In this document: positions 28,204 to 38,917 of the stretch, piece after piece
Layout of the letters: the number at the start of each line of letters is the position of its first letter
Position numbering within the stretch: the stretch's first letter is position 1
DNA from: Myxococcales bacterium
GTDB lineage: Bacteria; Myxococcota_A; UBA9042
NCBI GenBank assembly: GCA_037441385.1
Contig: JBBISH010000014.1
Span: forward strand, 410 to 64,409
Reading direction: 5' to 3'
DNA length: 64,000 nt
The notes under the pieces: model-generated
Databases searched by the model: none
Seen by the model: the letters and a program-made list of their open reading frames with translations, nothing else
What the model was told of the DNA's origin: nothing
Program-made: the position numbers and the translations under genes

Positions 28204-30264
28204 ATGAGCAGAGCGGAGCCCATCGCCACCCACAAACTGCAGGCGATACGCAATATTGGCGTCATCGCCCACATCGACGCCGGCAAGACCACCGTGACCG
28301 AGCGCCTGCTGTTCTGCGCCGGCCGCAGCTTCAAGATGGGCGAGGTGCACGACGGTCAGGCGGTGATGGACTGGATGCCGCAAGAGCGCGAACGCGGCAT
28401 CACCATCACGGCGGCCGCGACCAGTTTTGCCTGGCGCGACTGCGAGTTCCATCTCATCGACACGCCGGGACACGTCGACTTCACCATCGAGGTCGAGCGC
28501 TCGCTGCGGGTGCTGGATGGCGCGGTGGCGGTCTTCGACGCCGTCGCCGGGGTAGAGCCGCAGAGCGAGACGGTGTGGCGGCAGGCGGATCGCTATGCGG
28601 TGCCGCGACTTGCCTACGTGAACAAAATGGACCGAGTCGGCGCCGATTTTGCCGCGGTGCTGGCCAGCCTGCGCGGCCACTTTGCCGCCCAGCAGTTCGC
28701 CCCGCTGCAGTGGCCGATCGGCGAAGGCGAGGAGTTTCAAGGGGTCTACGACTTGCTGCGCCGTCAAGCGCTGCGCTGGCCAGACCCCGAAGACCCGCGG
28801 CAGGTCGACATCACGCCGGGATTGCCGCCCGACGCCGAAACTCGCCGCGCCGAGTTGATCGAGCAATTGGCCAACGGCGACGACGCGCTGGCCGACGTGT
28901 GGCTTCAGGGGCGCGAACCTGAGCTCCCGCAGCTGCTTGCGGCGTTGCGCCGCGGGACGCTGACCGGGCAGCTGGTGCCGGTGCTGGCCGGCGCGGCCCT
29001 GCGCAACCAGGGCATCCCGCCGCTGCTGGACGCGGTGGTCGATTTTCTGCCGTCGCCGCTGGATGTTCCGCCGGTGCAGGGCCACCACCCGCGCAGCCAG
29101 GCGGCCGAGGAGCGCCACCCCGACAGCGAAGGTCCGCTGTGTGCGCTGGCGTTCAAGGTCTCGGCCTTGGACGAGGGGCGACGCTTTGTATTCCTGCGTA
29201 TTTACTCGGGAACGTTGAGCGAGGGCGACGAGGTCTGGAACGCCAGCCGCCAGGTGCACGAGCGCATCACGCGGCTGGTGCTACTCCACGCGGCGCAGAA
29301 AAATCGCGTGCAATCGCTGGGCGCCGGGCACATCTGCGCGGTGGCGGGCCTAAAGAAGACGATGACCGGCGATACCTTGGCCGATGTGCGCCACCCGATC
29401 GTGCTGGAGTCGCTGACCGCCTACGAGGCGGTGATCAGCCAGGCCTTTGAACCGCAGCGCCACGCCGACCGCGACGCTCTGCTCGAGGCCTTGGCACGGA
29501 TGGCCGACGAAGATCCCACGCTGCGGGTCCGCGAAGACCCGCAAACCGGCGAAATCCTGGTCAGCGGCATGGGGGAACTGCACCTAGAGGTGGCGGCCGA
29601 CCGGTTGCAGCGCGAAAACAACTTGGCGGTGCGCATCGGCAGGCCGCAAGTGCTGCTGCGCGAGGCAATTACCGGGCCGGCGCGCGCCCAGGGTGTGTTC
29701 GAGCGATCCAGCGAGCAGGGCGACCTGTTCGGCGCTGTAGAGGTGCGGGTCGAGCCGCTGCCGCGCGGGCAAGGCAATGAATTCCAGATCGATCCCGGCG
29801 TGACCGACAAGCGGTTCAACCAGGGTGAGATCGCCGCGCTGTGCCGGCAAGGGGCGCTGAGTGCCCTGAACGGCGGGGCGCTGCAGGGTTATCCGCTGGG
29901 CGACGTGCGGGTGACGCTGCTGGGCGCGACCTGGAAGGACGGGCTGTCCAAGCCGGCGGCCTACGAGGTGGCGGCCGGGCGGGCGGTGCGGGCGGCCTGC
30001 GAGCAGGCCGGGCCGATCCTGCTGGAACCGATCATGGCCATCGAAGTCGTGGTGCCGGTGGACTTTTTGGGCGAGGCGCTGGCCACCTTGTCGGCCCGTC
30101 GCGGTCAGGTGCGCGATGTGCTGGACGCCCACGGCCATGCGCGGGTGGTGCAGGCCGAGGCGCCGCTGCGGCAGATGTTCGGCTATGCCACCGAGCTGCG
30201 GTCGGCCACCCAAGGTCGCGCCACCTTCACGATGCGCTTCGATCGCTACGACCAGGCGGGCTGA
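28204..30264 (+). CDS. Elongation factor G paralog (EF-G2-like translational GTPase)
   Basis: The sequence reads IRNIGVIAHIDAGKTT, DTPGHVDF, NKMD and GITITAAATSF. The 687-aa length is consistent with full EF-G domains. Confidence 0.85.
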   Translation: MSRAEPIATHKLQAIRNIGVIAHIDAGKTTVTERLLFCAGRSFKMGEVHDGQAVMDWMPQERERGITITAAATSFAWRDCEFHLIDTPGHVDFTIEVERSLRVLDGAVAVFDAVAGVEPQSETVWRQADRYAVPRLAYVNKMDRVGADFAAVLASLRGHFAAQQFAPLQWPIGEGEEFQGVYDLLRRQALRWPDPEDPRQVDITPGLPPDAETRRAELIEQLANGDDALADVWLQGREPELPQLLAALRRGTLTGQLVPVLAGAALRNQGIPPLLDAVVDFLPSPLDVPPVQGHHPRSQAAEERHPDSEGPLCALAFKVSALDEGRRFVFLRIYSGTLSEGDEVWNASRQVHERITRLVLLHAAQKNRVQSLGAGHICAVAGLKKTMTGDTLADVRHPIVLESLTAYEAVISQAFEPQRHADRDALLEALARMADEDPTLRVREDPQTGEILVSGMGELHLEVAADRLQRENNLAVRIGRPQVLLREAITGPARAQGVFERSSEQGDLFGAVEVRVEPLPRGQGNEFQIDPGVTDKRFNQGEIAALCRQGALSALNGGALQGYPLGDVRVTLLGATWKDGLSKPAAYEVAAGRAVRAACEQAGPILLEPIMAIEVVVPVDFLGEALATLSARRGQVRDVLDAHGHARVVQAEAPLRQMFGYATELRSATQGRATFTMRFDRYDQAG

Positions 30265-30267
30265 GCG

Positions 30268-31611
30268 ATGGCCCTGTCGCTGCAGACGCGCCGCGGCCGC
30301 CTGGCTACGCTGTTCTTCCTGTACGTGACCGAGGGCATTCCCTTGGGTTTTACGGCGGTGACGCTGGCGACCGAGATGCGCCGCCGCGGCCTGGGCGTGA
30401 AGCAAATTGGCACGTTCGTGGCGTCGCTGTACCTGCCGTGGGCGTGGAAGTGGGCGCTGGGACCGGTGATCGACGTGGTGGCGTCGGACCGCTGGGGGCG
30501 GCGGCGCGGCTGGATCTTGGGCGCGCAAGTCATGATGGTGCTGACGCTGGCGGCAGCGCTGAACCTGGACTTGGTGGGCCAGATTGGCGCGCTGACCGCG
30601 TTGGTGATTGTGCACAACGTGTTTGGCGCCAGCCAAGACGTGGCCATCGACGCCCTGGCCTGCCAAGTGCTGCCCGAAGACGAGCGTGGCCTGGCCAATG
30701 GCTTGATGTTCGCTGGCGCGTACGTGGGTCAGGCCGTGGGTGGCTCGGGGGTGCTGTACCTGCGCGAACCGCTGGAGCAGGCCCTGGGCAAAGACGGAGC
30801 GCTCAAGGCCAGTTTCGCGCTGGTCGCCGCGGCGATCCTGGCAGTGACGCTGGGAGTGGTGCGGCCGCTGCGCGAGCCACCAGGGCCGGCGCGCCCCCAA
30901 GCGGACGGGCCGCCGCTGCAGGCGATCCTTGGTCAACTCAAGGACTTTGTGCTCGCTACCTGGCGCTCGTTCACCAGCTCGCGGCCGGCGCGGGTCGCCG
31001 TGCTGTTCGCGCTGTTACCCGCCGGGGCGATGGCGCTGTCGCTGTCGCTCCAGAGCAGCTTGTCGGTTGAACTGGGCCTTAGCGACCCCGAGATCGCGAC
31101 CCTGAGCCTGTGGTGCACGATCCTGTCGGCGCTGTTTTGTGTGGTGGGTGGCAAGATCTCGGACCGCCTGGGCCGGCGGCGCATGTTGGCGATCTATTTG
31201 ACGTTGACTGCATTGCCCACGGCTTGGCTGGCCTGGCAGATGCACCGCTATGGCTGGATCCTGCCCTCCGCTCCCGGCGTACCCAATCGCCCGGCGGTGG
31301 CGGCTGAGCTGCCGCGCGCGTTGTGGATCGCCAGCTTGGCCTACACGGTGCCGCAGGGCCTGATGTACGGCACGCGGGTCGCGCTGTTCATGGACGTGAC
31401 CAATCCGGCGGTGGCGGCGACCCAGTTCACCGGATATATGGCTCTGCTGAACGTGGCGATCGCGATCTCGGCGCGTTGGCAGGGCTGGTCGGCCGAGCAC
31501 TGGGGCTACCCGGTCACGCTCGCCCTCGACGCCGGGCTGGCGCTGACTAGCGTGCCGCTGCTGCTGTGGATGGGCAAACCGGCAACGGCGAGCGCCCGGC
31601 CGCCGGAATAG
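30268..31611 (+). CDS. MFS permease (AmpG/BT1-like)
   Basis: It starts 4 nt after the EF-G paralog. The sequence FLYVTEGIPLGF is AmpG-like and there are 12 TM segments. Confidence 0.65.
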   Translation: MALSLQTRRGRLATLFFLYVTEGIPLGFTAVTLATEMRRRGLGVKQIGTFVASLYLPWAWKWALGPVIDVVASDRWGRRRGWILGAQVMMVLTLAAALNLDLVGQIGALTALVIVHNVFGASQDVAIDALACQVLPEDERGLANGLMFAGAYVGQAVGGSGVLYLREPLEQALGKDGALKASFALVAAAILAVTLGVVRPLREPPGPARPQADGPPLQAILGQLKDFVLATWRSFTSSRPARVAVLFALLPAGAMALSLSLQSSLSVELGLSDPEIATLSLWCTILSALFCVVGGKISDRLGRRRMLAIYLTLTALPTAWLAWQMHRYGWILPSAPGVPNRPAVAAELPRALWIASLAYTVPQGLMYGTRVALFMDVTNPAVAATQFTGYMALLNVAIAISARWQGWSAEHWGYPVTLALDAGLALTSVPLLLWMGKPATASARPPE

Positions 31612-31686
31612 TTTGCCCCCTGCCTGGGGTTACGGCAGGATACGCCAGCTTGGCCCGCTCCCAGGCTACTTTGTAGAGGCCCCCGC

Positions 31687-33720
31687 TTGCCGCCTTCCCC
31701 GCAGCCCGCACCCGCTACCCTGCCGCCCACGGTGTCGCTTGCCGCAGGGGCGGAGCCGCGGGACAAGTCCGGCAAGCGCTTCAGCGATCTGTGGACGGTG
31801 CACCAACTGAACGAGCGGACCCGCGACTTGGGCGCGACGGCGACGCTGCTGCCACCGGTCGAGCCGTCTGTGGTCGCCCCGAATCTGCACGCGCTACCTC
31901 ATTTGGGCCAGGCCGGCGCCGGGGACCGCCCGCCCGACTTGGCGATCGGCAAGACCATCGGCGAAGGCGGCATGGGCGTGGTGCGGGCCGCCAAGCAGCT
32001 GTCGCTGGGACGCGAGGTGGCGGTCAAGACGCTGCGGCGCGAGCAAGCTACGCCGGCCTCGATCCACAAGCTGCTGCAAGAGGCGCTGATCACCGGTACG
32101 CTCGAACATCCTGACATCATTCCCGTGTATGCGCTGGGCCAAGACGAACACGGCCTGCCGATGCTGGTGATGAAGCGCGTGGAAGGGACGAACTGGAGCG
32201 ACCTGCTGCACCAGCCCGATCACCCGCTGGTCACGAACGACCCACGGGAACCGCTGGTCTTCCATCTGGAAGTGCTGATGCGCGTCTGCCATGCGGTCGC
32301 GTTCGCCCACGGCAAGGGCATCTTGCACCGCGACCTGAAGACGGCCAACGTGATGATCGGCCGCTTTGGCGAAGTCTACGTGCTGGATTGGGGCATCGCC
32401 GTGGCCCTGCACGATGACGGCACCGGTTGTCTGCCGCTGGCGCGCGACGCCCTGGCGGTGGCGGGGACGCCGAGCGCCATGGCCCCCGAAATGGTGCACG
32501 GCGACGGCATGTTGCTGGGCGAACATACCGACGTGTTCTTGCTGGGCGCGATTTTGCACGAGATTCTGACGGGTGAAATGCGCTTTGCGGGGACGGACTT
32601 GTATCAGGTCATGTTCGCTGCGTACGAGTGCAGTCCGTACGCCTATCCAGACGATTTGCCGGCCGAGTTGGTGGCCATCTGCCGCCGCGCTACGGCCCGC
32701 GAACCGACCGAGCGCTACCCCAGCGCCGCCGACTTGCGTACCGCGCTGAGCGTGTTCTTGCAGCACCGGACGTCGCTGGCCCTGCACCAAACGGCGCGCG
32801 CGGCGATGACGCAGTTCCAGTCGGCGGTGGCCGAGCCCGCCAGCGAGGCGACCAGTATCGAAGTACGGCGGTGGCTGACCGAGGCGCGGCTGGCGTTGCG
32901 CGAAGCCCTGCGCGCCTGGCCCGAAAACCAAGGTGCTCAGGCAGACTTGCGAGCCATGTTGCTGTACGGCGCCAACTGGCACCTGCAGACCGGCGATGTC
33001 GAGGGCGCCGCGGCGCTGGCCGAGGAGCTGGGCGCCGAGCCCGCCGAGCTGCACTTGCGCGTCGAGGCCGCCCGCCAAGAGGCCGCCCGGACTGCGGCCG
33101 AAGTGGCCAAGCTGCAGCGCGACTTTGACCCGCGCATCGGCGCGCGCACGCGGAGCTTCTTGGCGTTGGTGCTGGCGGTGGGCTGGTCCGTGTTGCCGAT
33201 GGCGCTGCGCTTCTTTGGCGACCGAGTGGGCTACCGCCTGTCCTTGGGGCAACTGCTGGCCGCGACCGGGCTCTTCGCCGGCTTCATCGCCTTTGCCGCG
33301 ATTTGGGCGCGCGAGTCGATGTTCCGGAGCCACCTCAATCGCAGTCTGCTCGCCAGCGGCGCGGCGATGACTGTGGCCGTTTTTGCCGTGCGCGCGCTGT
33401 GTTGGCACTTCGACCTCCCCTTCGAAGTGGCGATGACCTTTGACCTGGTGGTGTTTGGCCTGGTGCTGGCGATGCTGACCGCGACCCAGTGGCGGCGGTT
33501 AGGGGTGCCGGCGGCGGTGTTCTTTACCGGCGCGGCGTTCGCGGCGACGCACCAGCAGTGGGTGCTCGAGACCACGGCGTTGTCGAACCTGGTGGCGATG
33601 TCGCTGGTGGCGTTCGCCTGGCGCCCGGCCGACTACGACGACTGCGCGATCGTGGCGGTGGCGGCGACGCCGGTGAAGGCACGGCTGATCGACGTGACGA
33701 ACCATTCTCGCTCGACTTGA
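31687..33720 (+). CDS. Hanks-type Ser/Thr protein kinase with C-terminal multi-TM region
   Basis: The kinase motifs are IGEGGMGVV, AVK, HRDLKTANVM, DWGIA and GTPSAMAPE. Four hydrophobic helices lie at the C-terminus. Confidence 0.8.
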   Translation: MPPSPQPAPATLPPTVSLAAGAEPRDKSGKRFSDLWTVHQLNERTRDLGATATLLPPVEPSVVAPNLHALPHLGQAGAGDRPPDLAIGKTIGEGGMGVVRAAKQLSLGREVAVKTLRREQATPASIHKLLQEALITGTLEHPDIIPVYALGQDEHGLPMLVMKRVEGTNWSDLLHQPDHPLVTNDPREPLVFHLEVLMRVCHAVAFAHGKGILHRDLKTANVMIGRFGEVYVLDWGIAVALHDDGTGCLPLARDALAVAGTPSAMAPEMVHGDGMLLGEHTDVFLLGAILHEILTGEMRFAGTDLYQVMFAAYECSPYAYPDDLPAELVAICRRATAREPTERYPSAADLRTALSVFLQHRTSLALHQTARAAMTQFQSAVAEPASEATSIEVRRWLTEARLALREALRAWPENQGAQADLRAMLLYGANWHLQTGDVEGAAALAEELGAEPAELHLRVEAARQEAARTAAEVAKLQRDFDPRIGARTRSFLALVLAVGWSVLPMALRFFGDRVGYRLSLGQLLAATGLFAGFIAFAAIWARESMFRSHLNRSLLASGAAMTVAVFAVRALCWHFDLPFEVAMTFDLVVFGLVLAMLTATQWRRLGVPAAVFFTGAAFAATHQQWVLETTALSNLVAMSLVAFAWRPADYDDCAIVAVAATPVKARLIDVTNHSRST

Positions 33721-33782
33721 CGCAACCAGGGGCGACCGCGCGGACCGGCGAAGAAAAATCGGAAATAGCGTAATATATTCGA

Positions 33783-33810
33783 TGACATAACACAAGGTTG
33801 ACGCTTGTCG
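33783..33810 (+). promoter_or_regulatory. Instance 2 (degenerate) of the 23-bp motif: TGACAtaACACAAGGtTGaCgCT-TGTCG, in a very AT-rich patch (TAATATATTC) ending 24 nt before the CHAT-gene ATG
   Basis: The spacing CACAAGG-N8-TGTC is shared with the other instances. Confidence 0.4.
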
Positions 33811-33833
33811 CGCGCCGGCGCACGCTTGGCGAC

Positions 33834-36800
33834 ATGAGCGCGCGCCTGGGGCTGATTTGGGCTGGTATCGCGGTCGCGCTGGCCGAGCCAGCCGTCGCGG
33901 CGCCGATGCGCGGCATGGTCACCTGCAATGGCCAGCCGGCCTACCACGCGATGGTGCAAGGTTTTGCCGATGCCGACGCGACGGCGCCGCTGGGCGAGGC
34001 CTTCACGGACGCCAAAGGGCAGTTCAGCCTGACGCTCAAGCCGGGTGCAACCGTGTTGCGTGCGCGCCGCAGTGTGCGCGACGACACCGGTGAGCCGCGC
34101 CGCCTGCAGAGCCTGGCCGTGCCCATCGGCAGCAAGACGCCGGTGGTGGCGCTGGTCGAGCGCGAGGTGCGCAACCGCGACGTGCCGGCGACTCCAGGCG
34201 ATCTGCAATGGTGCACGCGGGCGCGGCCGGTCGCGGAGCAGAGTCAAATCGAAGGCGTGGTGGCCAGGCTCGCTGGCATGGCGAGCGACGGCTGGGCTGG
34301 CGAAGTCGAAGGCAACGCCGCGATGCTGAAGCGCTACGATGCGGAGCCGGTGGGCCACGTCTTGGACGAGCGGCTCAAGGCGGCCGAACTGCGCCACGAT
34401 CTGGACGAACTGACGCGCATGGCGGCGCTCACGACGGTGGTGGGGCTGGTCATCGACGAACCAGAGCTGCAGGCGGCTGGCCAGGCTTGGCAGGCCATCG
34501 TCGACTTGTACCGCGGCAAACAGGCAGACGCGCTGCAGAAATTCTGGACGGTGCTGGTGCTGCAGCAAAAGGCAGTCGATCGCGAGACCCGGCCGGGCTG
34601 GCGCAAGGGTCGGCTGGCAACCTTGGCCCTGTTCTACGAATTCGCCGGGAACCTCGCGGGCGCAATCCACGATGGGGCCACGGTGGGGCTCTTCGGCGAG
34701 GCCGCCAAGTTCTACGAAGAGGTGGATCAGCCGCGGGACGCCGCGAAATTGCACCAACAATTGGGCTTCACTGCCAGCTTGGCGGGGGACGCGGCCAAAG
34801 CGGTCCAGTCCTACGCCGCGGCGCTGCGGGTCCTGGGCGACCTGCCCGAGCCTCTTCTGCGGGCGCGAATCCAAGGCCGCTGGGCGCAATTGGCAAAAGG
34901 CGACGAGCAGTTGCGCTTGCTGCGCGCGGCCGAGATCGAGCTGGCCAAGGCCCGACCGGGGCTGGAGTCGGCGGGAATTCAAATCGACCTGGGCAAAGCG
35001 TGGAGCGGGCGCGACGACTACCAAACGGCGCTGGTCTTGCTCGACGCAGCTGTCAAGACTTTAGACGGGCTGCCGGCAAGTCCGCTGCGGCGCGTGCAGC
35101 AGTGGTCGGCGCTGGGCGCCAGCGGCCGCGGCTACGTGCATTTCAACTTGCGGCATTTGCCCCAAGCGGCGGCGGATTTGCGGCGGGCCATCCCGTTGCA
35201 GCCCGACTCGCTGCCGCCCCAGGATTGCGCCGCCGAGCAGCAGATGTTGGGCTACGTGCTCGCCGAGCAGGGCCAGCAGCCTGATGCGCGCGCCGCCTTT
35301 GAACTGGGCATCACGCTGGCGCAAAAGGGGACCGCCGAGCGCGATCGCGACCGCGAGCTGCTCTTGCGCGAACAGGTGGCCTGGACGTGGCTGGACAGCG
35401 AGCCGCCAGAACCGGCCAAGGCCCTGCAAGTACTGGACGAGGCGATTCAAAAGGCCAACCGCCAGGGACTGACCGCCCGCGAGGGGCGCTTGTGCGAGAC
35501 GGCCGCCCACGCCGCCAGCCCCGAGGCAACCGCGCCCGCCGCGCAGCGCAAGCGCACGCTGACCTACCTGGAGCGCGCCGAGTCCTGCTACGACCAGACC
35601 AAGGACGCCGAGGGGTTGGCGCGGGTGCGCCGCCACTTGGCACAAGAGCGCCGCCTGATGGCCTTTGCCGAGCAGCAGAGCGGCAGGCGCGCCGATGCCG
35701 AGACCTCGCTGCGTGCGGCCCTGGCTGAGTTCGAGCGCAGCGGTGCCCGCGCGGATGCACAAGAAGCGGCGGACCAACTGGCGCTTTTGCTCTACGAACA
35801 GCGGCGGTGGCTGGAGGCGGCCGCCCTGTGGCAAAAGCACGCGGACTGGCTGGCGACCCCGGAGGCCGAGCAAGCGGCAGCCGATACCGTGGCGAACCTG
35901 CCGCGGCCATCGGCCGAGACCAAGCGCAACCTGACCCCCGGTGCCCGCCGCGCAGTGACGCTGAGCCTGCTGGCCAGTTGCTACACGGCGGCCGGCGAAG
36001 CCGACCAAGCGCTGGCCGTACGCCAGCAAGAGGCCGGGCTACGCAGCCAACAGGGTGACGTGCCCGGCGCGAGCGGTGCTTGGCAGCAGCTGGCGCTGGA
36101 TGCGGCCGTGGCGGGTCGTCGGCCGCTGTTCGACAAGGCGCTGCGTTTCCTGGTGGATCACGCCAGCGACGCCTCGAGCAAAGCGATGGTGGCGGCGCTC
36201 CGCATCCTGCCCGACGTTCTGGGCAGCGACCTGGAGGCAGCGCGCCGGGCCAAGGACGAACTGGCCAACGAACTGGCGGCCTTGTCGGTGGGCGCGGCGG
36301 ATCTGCCCGAGCGCCAAGGTCTGGTGCAAGGTTGGGCCATGCTGGGTTCGCTGCAGGCGCGCCTGGGCGAGCCGGGGCCGGGGCTGGCGTCGCTGCAGAA
36401 GGCGGCCGACTGGTCCGACGCGGCCGGCAAGGCGGCCATGCTCAGCAAGATCGGCCACCTGTGTCGCATGCTGGGGCGCTTGCAGGAAGCCCTGGACGCC
36501 CAGCAAAAGGTGCTGGAGCTGGCCGACCAAGCCGCGATGTATGTCAAGCCTTCGTACTTGCTGACCACGCTGGCCGACGTGTTCGAGGTGTACCAGGCCC
36601 TCGGCAACCGCGACGGTGCCCAGACCGTGCTCAGGCGCGCCCTAGCGGTGGCGCAAGAGGTCGAGGCGCAACCGCGCCAGCAGGCCGACGATCGGAAGAT
36701 TCTTGCCGACTTCCAGGCGATGCTCGCGCTGCGGTCAGTCGTGGCTGGTCACCCCGAGCAGGGGCTGGAGCTGGCCGACCGCGCGCTCGCCGTGTACCCG

Positions 36801-38825
36801 CGGCAGTTCCACGACGAAAACACGGCGACCGCGGCGATGGCGCGAGCGTTGGCCCGCAACCTGGCTTTCTTGAAGGCGTCGACCGCCGCGCTGCGCCAAG
36901 CTACGGCCAACCCGAAGTCGCCTGAATTCGCCAAGGTCGTGGCCGACGTGGAGCGCGGGCAGCGCGAGCACGCCGCGGAATTGCAGTCGGCCATGGAGGC
37001 GGCGCTGGCAGAGCTCGCGGTCACTCCTCTGGCCTTGGGTGCGAGCGCCCTGCAGGGCGTAGCGGGCAGCGACAAGGCCAAGCACAGCGAGGTGCAAAAG
37101 ATTCTTGATCTCGCCCACCAGCGGGCCCTGGCCGGCGGCCGGGTCAGCGACCTGTCGACCCTGTCGTGGCTCGCTGGGCGCAGCGCGGAGGCCATCGGCG
37201 ACCGCCAGGGCGCCATCGTCGCCTACCGGCGCGCCATCGAAGAAGAAGAAGTGGTGCGGACTTCGTTGGCGTCCGACATCCACAAGGCCGCGCTGGGCGA
37301 GAGCCGTGACCAGGTCTACGCCAGCTTGGAGCGCCTGTACGCCCAAGAGGGCCAGGCAGCGGAGGCGCTGGAGGTGAGCGAGCAGCGGCGGGCACGGGCC
37401 CTGCTCGACGTGTTGGCGACCGGACAATTGCGGGGCAAATTGCGCAACAACGCGCCGTCGCGCGAGCTGCAGCAATTGGCCGAGCGGATGCAGGCGCTGG
37501 CGGCCCAGGACCAAGCCTTGGATCTGCAGCTGGGCAGCGGCCCGGTCGCGCGGCTGGACGCCGCCTCGGGCAAGCGCCAGTTGGTCGATACGGCCCGGCC
37601 GCAGCTGCGTGTGCGCGTGGCGGGGCGCGAGGCGGCCGCCGAGGCCCTGTGGCGGCAACTGGCCGAAGCGCGCCGACGCGCCGCGGGTTCATCGGCCGAG
37701 CTGACCTCGCTGGTGACGGCGCCCGCGGTCCAGGTCGACGAACTGCGCAGCATGGCCCGGCAGCGCGGCGCGCATCTGCTCGAGTGGTCCGTGCACGACG
37801 ACACGCTGTGGATCTACGTGGTCAGCCCGGCTGGTCGGGTCGACGGGCGACAAGTCTCGGTCACTGCAAAGGATCTTGAGACCAAGGTGCGGGCGCTCCG
37901 CGGTGCACTGGGCGCAGGCGTGGATCGCGACCTGGGGCGCGGCGGCGAGGCCTTGGGGGCTCCTGAGCCGTCTGGCGGCGACGCGACGGCACTGCTGGCC
38001 GACCTGCACCGCACGCTGATCGCGCCCGTCGCAGACCTGCTCCCCCTGGATGGCAAGACGCCGGTGATCGTGGCGCCCCACCGCTCGCTGCTGCTGCTGC
38101 CGCTGGTCGCGTTGACCGACGCCAAGGGCCAGCCCTGGGGTGCCAGCACGTCGCTAGCGGTGGTGCCGTCGCTGGGTGTGTTGCGCTACACGCAGGCCAA
38201 GCACACCGGGGCGGCCAAGGGCGGCGCGCTGGTCGTTGGCAACCCGCAAATGCCCGTGTGGCAAGGCCAGCCCCTGCCGCCCCTGGCGGGCGCAGAGCGC
38301 GAAGCGGCCGAGGTGGCGCGCACACTGGCTGGCCCAGGAATCGAGTTGCTGACTGGCGCCAAGGCGACCGAGACCAAGGTGCGCAAGTCCATGCAGGGCA
38401 AGCGCTTCCTGCACCTGGCCACCCACGGTGTGGCGCGCGATGACCAGCCGGGCGAGAGCTTTGTGGCCCTGGCCAAAGACGCTGGCGCCGACGGGCTCTT
38501 GACGGTGGGCGAAGTGCTGGATCTGCAATTGCAGGCCGACTTGGTCGTGCTGTCGGCCTGCCAGACCGGGCTGGGTAAAGTGAGTGGCGACGGCGTATTG
38601 GGCCTGGGGCGCGCCTTCCTCTACGCCGGCACGCCGCGCGTGGTCGTGAGCCTGTGGTCCGTGCCCGACGAGCCCACCGCGCTGCTGATGGCCACCTTCT
38701 ACGCCGGGCTCCGTGCCGGTCAGGCCCCGGCCGATGCCCTGCGCGCCGCCCAGTCCACCACGCGCGCCAAGTTCCCAGACCCGCGCGCCTGGGCCGCCTT
38801 CGCGATGGTCGGCGAGCCCCGCTGA
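33834..38825 (+). CDS. Secreted carboxypeptidase-regulatory-like domain + TPR repeats + C-terminal CHAT (caspase-like) protease domain protein
   Basis: The signal is MSARLGLIWAGIAVALAEPAVAA. A CarbopepD_reg-like segment reads GMVTCNGQPA...FSLTLKPG. The long TPR region is followed by the CHAT His/Cys dyad HLATHG...LSACQTG. Confidence 0.75.
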   Translation: MSARLGLIWAGIAVALAEPAVAAPMRGMVTCNGQPAYHAMVQGFADADATAPLGEAFTDAKGQFSLTLKPGATVLRARRSVRDDTGEPRRLQSLAVPIGSKTPVVALVEREVRNRDVPATPGDLQWCTRARPVAEQSQIEGVVARLAGMASDGWAGEVEGNAAMLKRYDAEPVGHVLDERLKAAELRHDLDELTRMAALTTVVGLVIDEPELQAAGQAWQAIVDLYRGKQADALQKFWTVLVLQQKAVDRETRPGWRKGRLATLALFYEFAGNLAGAIHDGATVGLFGEAAKFYEEVDQPRDAAKLHQQLGFTASLAGDAAKAVQSYAAALRVLGDLPEPLLRARIQGRWAQLAKGDEQLRLLRAAEIELAKARPGLESAGIQIDLGKAWSGRDDYQTALVLLDAAVKTLDGLPASPLRRVQQWSALGASGRGYVHFNLRHLPQAAADLRRAIPLQPDSLPPQDCAAEQQMLGYVLAEQGQQPDARAAFELGITLAQKGTAERDRDRELLLREQVAWTWLDSEPPEPAKALQVLDEAIQKANRQGLTAREGRLCETAAHAASPEATAPAAQRKRTLTYLERAESCYDQTKDAEGLARVRRHLAQERRLMAFAEQQSGRRADAETSLRAALAEFERSGARADAQEAADQLALLLYEQRRWLEAAALWQKHADWLATPEAEQAAADTVANLPRPSAETKRNLTPGARRAVTLSLLASCYTAAGEADQALAVRQQEAGLRSQQGDVPGASGAWQQLALDAAVAGRRPLFDKALRFLVDHASDASSKAMVAALRILPDVLGSDLEAARRAKDELANELAALSVGAADLPERQGLVQGWAMLGSLQARLGEPGPGLASLQKAADWSDAAGKAAMLSKIGHLCRMLGRLQEALDAQQKVLELADQAAMYVKPSYLLTTLADVFEVYQALGNRDGAQTVLRRALAVAQEVEAQPRQQADDRKILADFQAMLALRSVVAGHPEQGLELADRALAVYPRQFHDENTATAAMARALARNLAFLKASTAALRQATANPKSPEFAKVVADVERGQREHAAELQSAMEAALAELAVTPLALGASALQGVAGSDKAKHSEVQKILDLAHQRALAGGRVSDLSTLSWLAGRSAEAIGDRQGAIVAYRRAIEEEEVVRTSLASDIHKAALGESRDQVYASLERLYAQEGQAAEALEVSEQRRARALLDVLATGQLRGKLRNNAPSRELQQLAERMQALAAQDQALDLQLGSGPVARLDAASGKRQLVDTARPQLRVRVAGREAAAEALWRQLAEARRRAAGSSAELTSLVTAPAVQVDELRSMARQRGAHLLEWSVHDDTLWIYVVSPAGRVDGRQVSVTAKDLETKVRALRGALGAGVDRDLGRGGEALGAPEPSGGDATALLADLHRTLIAPVADLLPLDGKTPVIVAPHRSLLLLPLVALTDAKGQPWGASTSLAVVPSLGVLRYTQAKHTGAAKGGALVVGNPQMPVWQGQPLPPLAGAEREAAEVARTLAGPGIELLTGAKATETKVRKSMQGKRFLHLATHGVARDDQPGESFVALAKDAGADGLLTVGEVLDLQLQADLVVLSACQTGLGKVSGDGVLGLGRAFLYAGTPRVVVSLWSVPDEPTALLMATFYAGLRAGQAPADALRAAQSTTRAKFPDPRAWAAFAMVGEPR

Positions 38826-38849
38826 GGCCTTCGCGACACAAGGCACCCT

Positions 38850-38898
38850 TGTGCGATACCGAATCCGTCTGGATCGGCTCAAAAGTCTTCGGCAATTC
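38850..38898 (+). repeat. Partial/diverged third copy of the ~55-bp dispersed element, adjacent to palindromised motif GACACAAGGcacCCTTGTG (38837-38855)
   Basis: Compare CGGCTCAAAAGTCTTCGGCAATTCCCCGG with copy 1, GGCTCGAAAACTTCGGCAATTCTTCGGG. It sits between convergent gene ends. Confidence 0.4.
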
Positions 38899-38917
38899 CC
38901 CGGTCCAGACCAAACTA

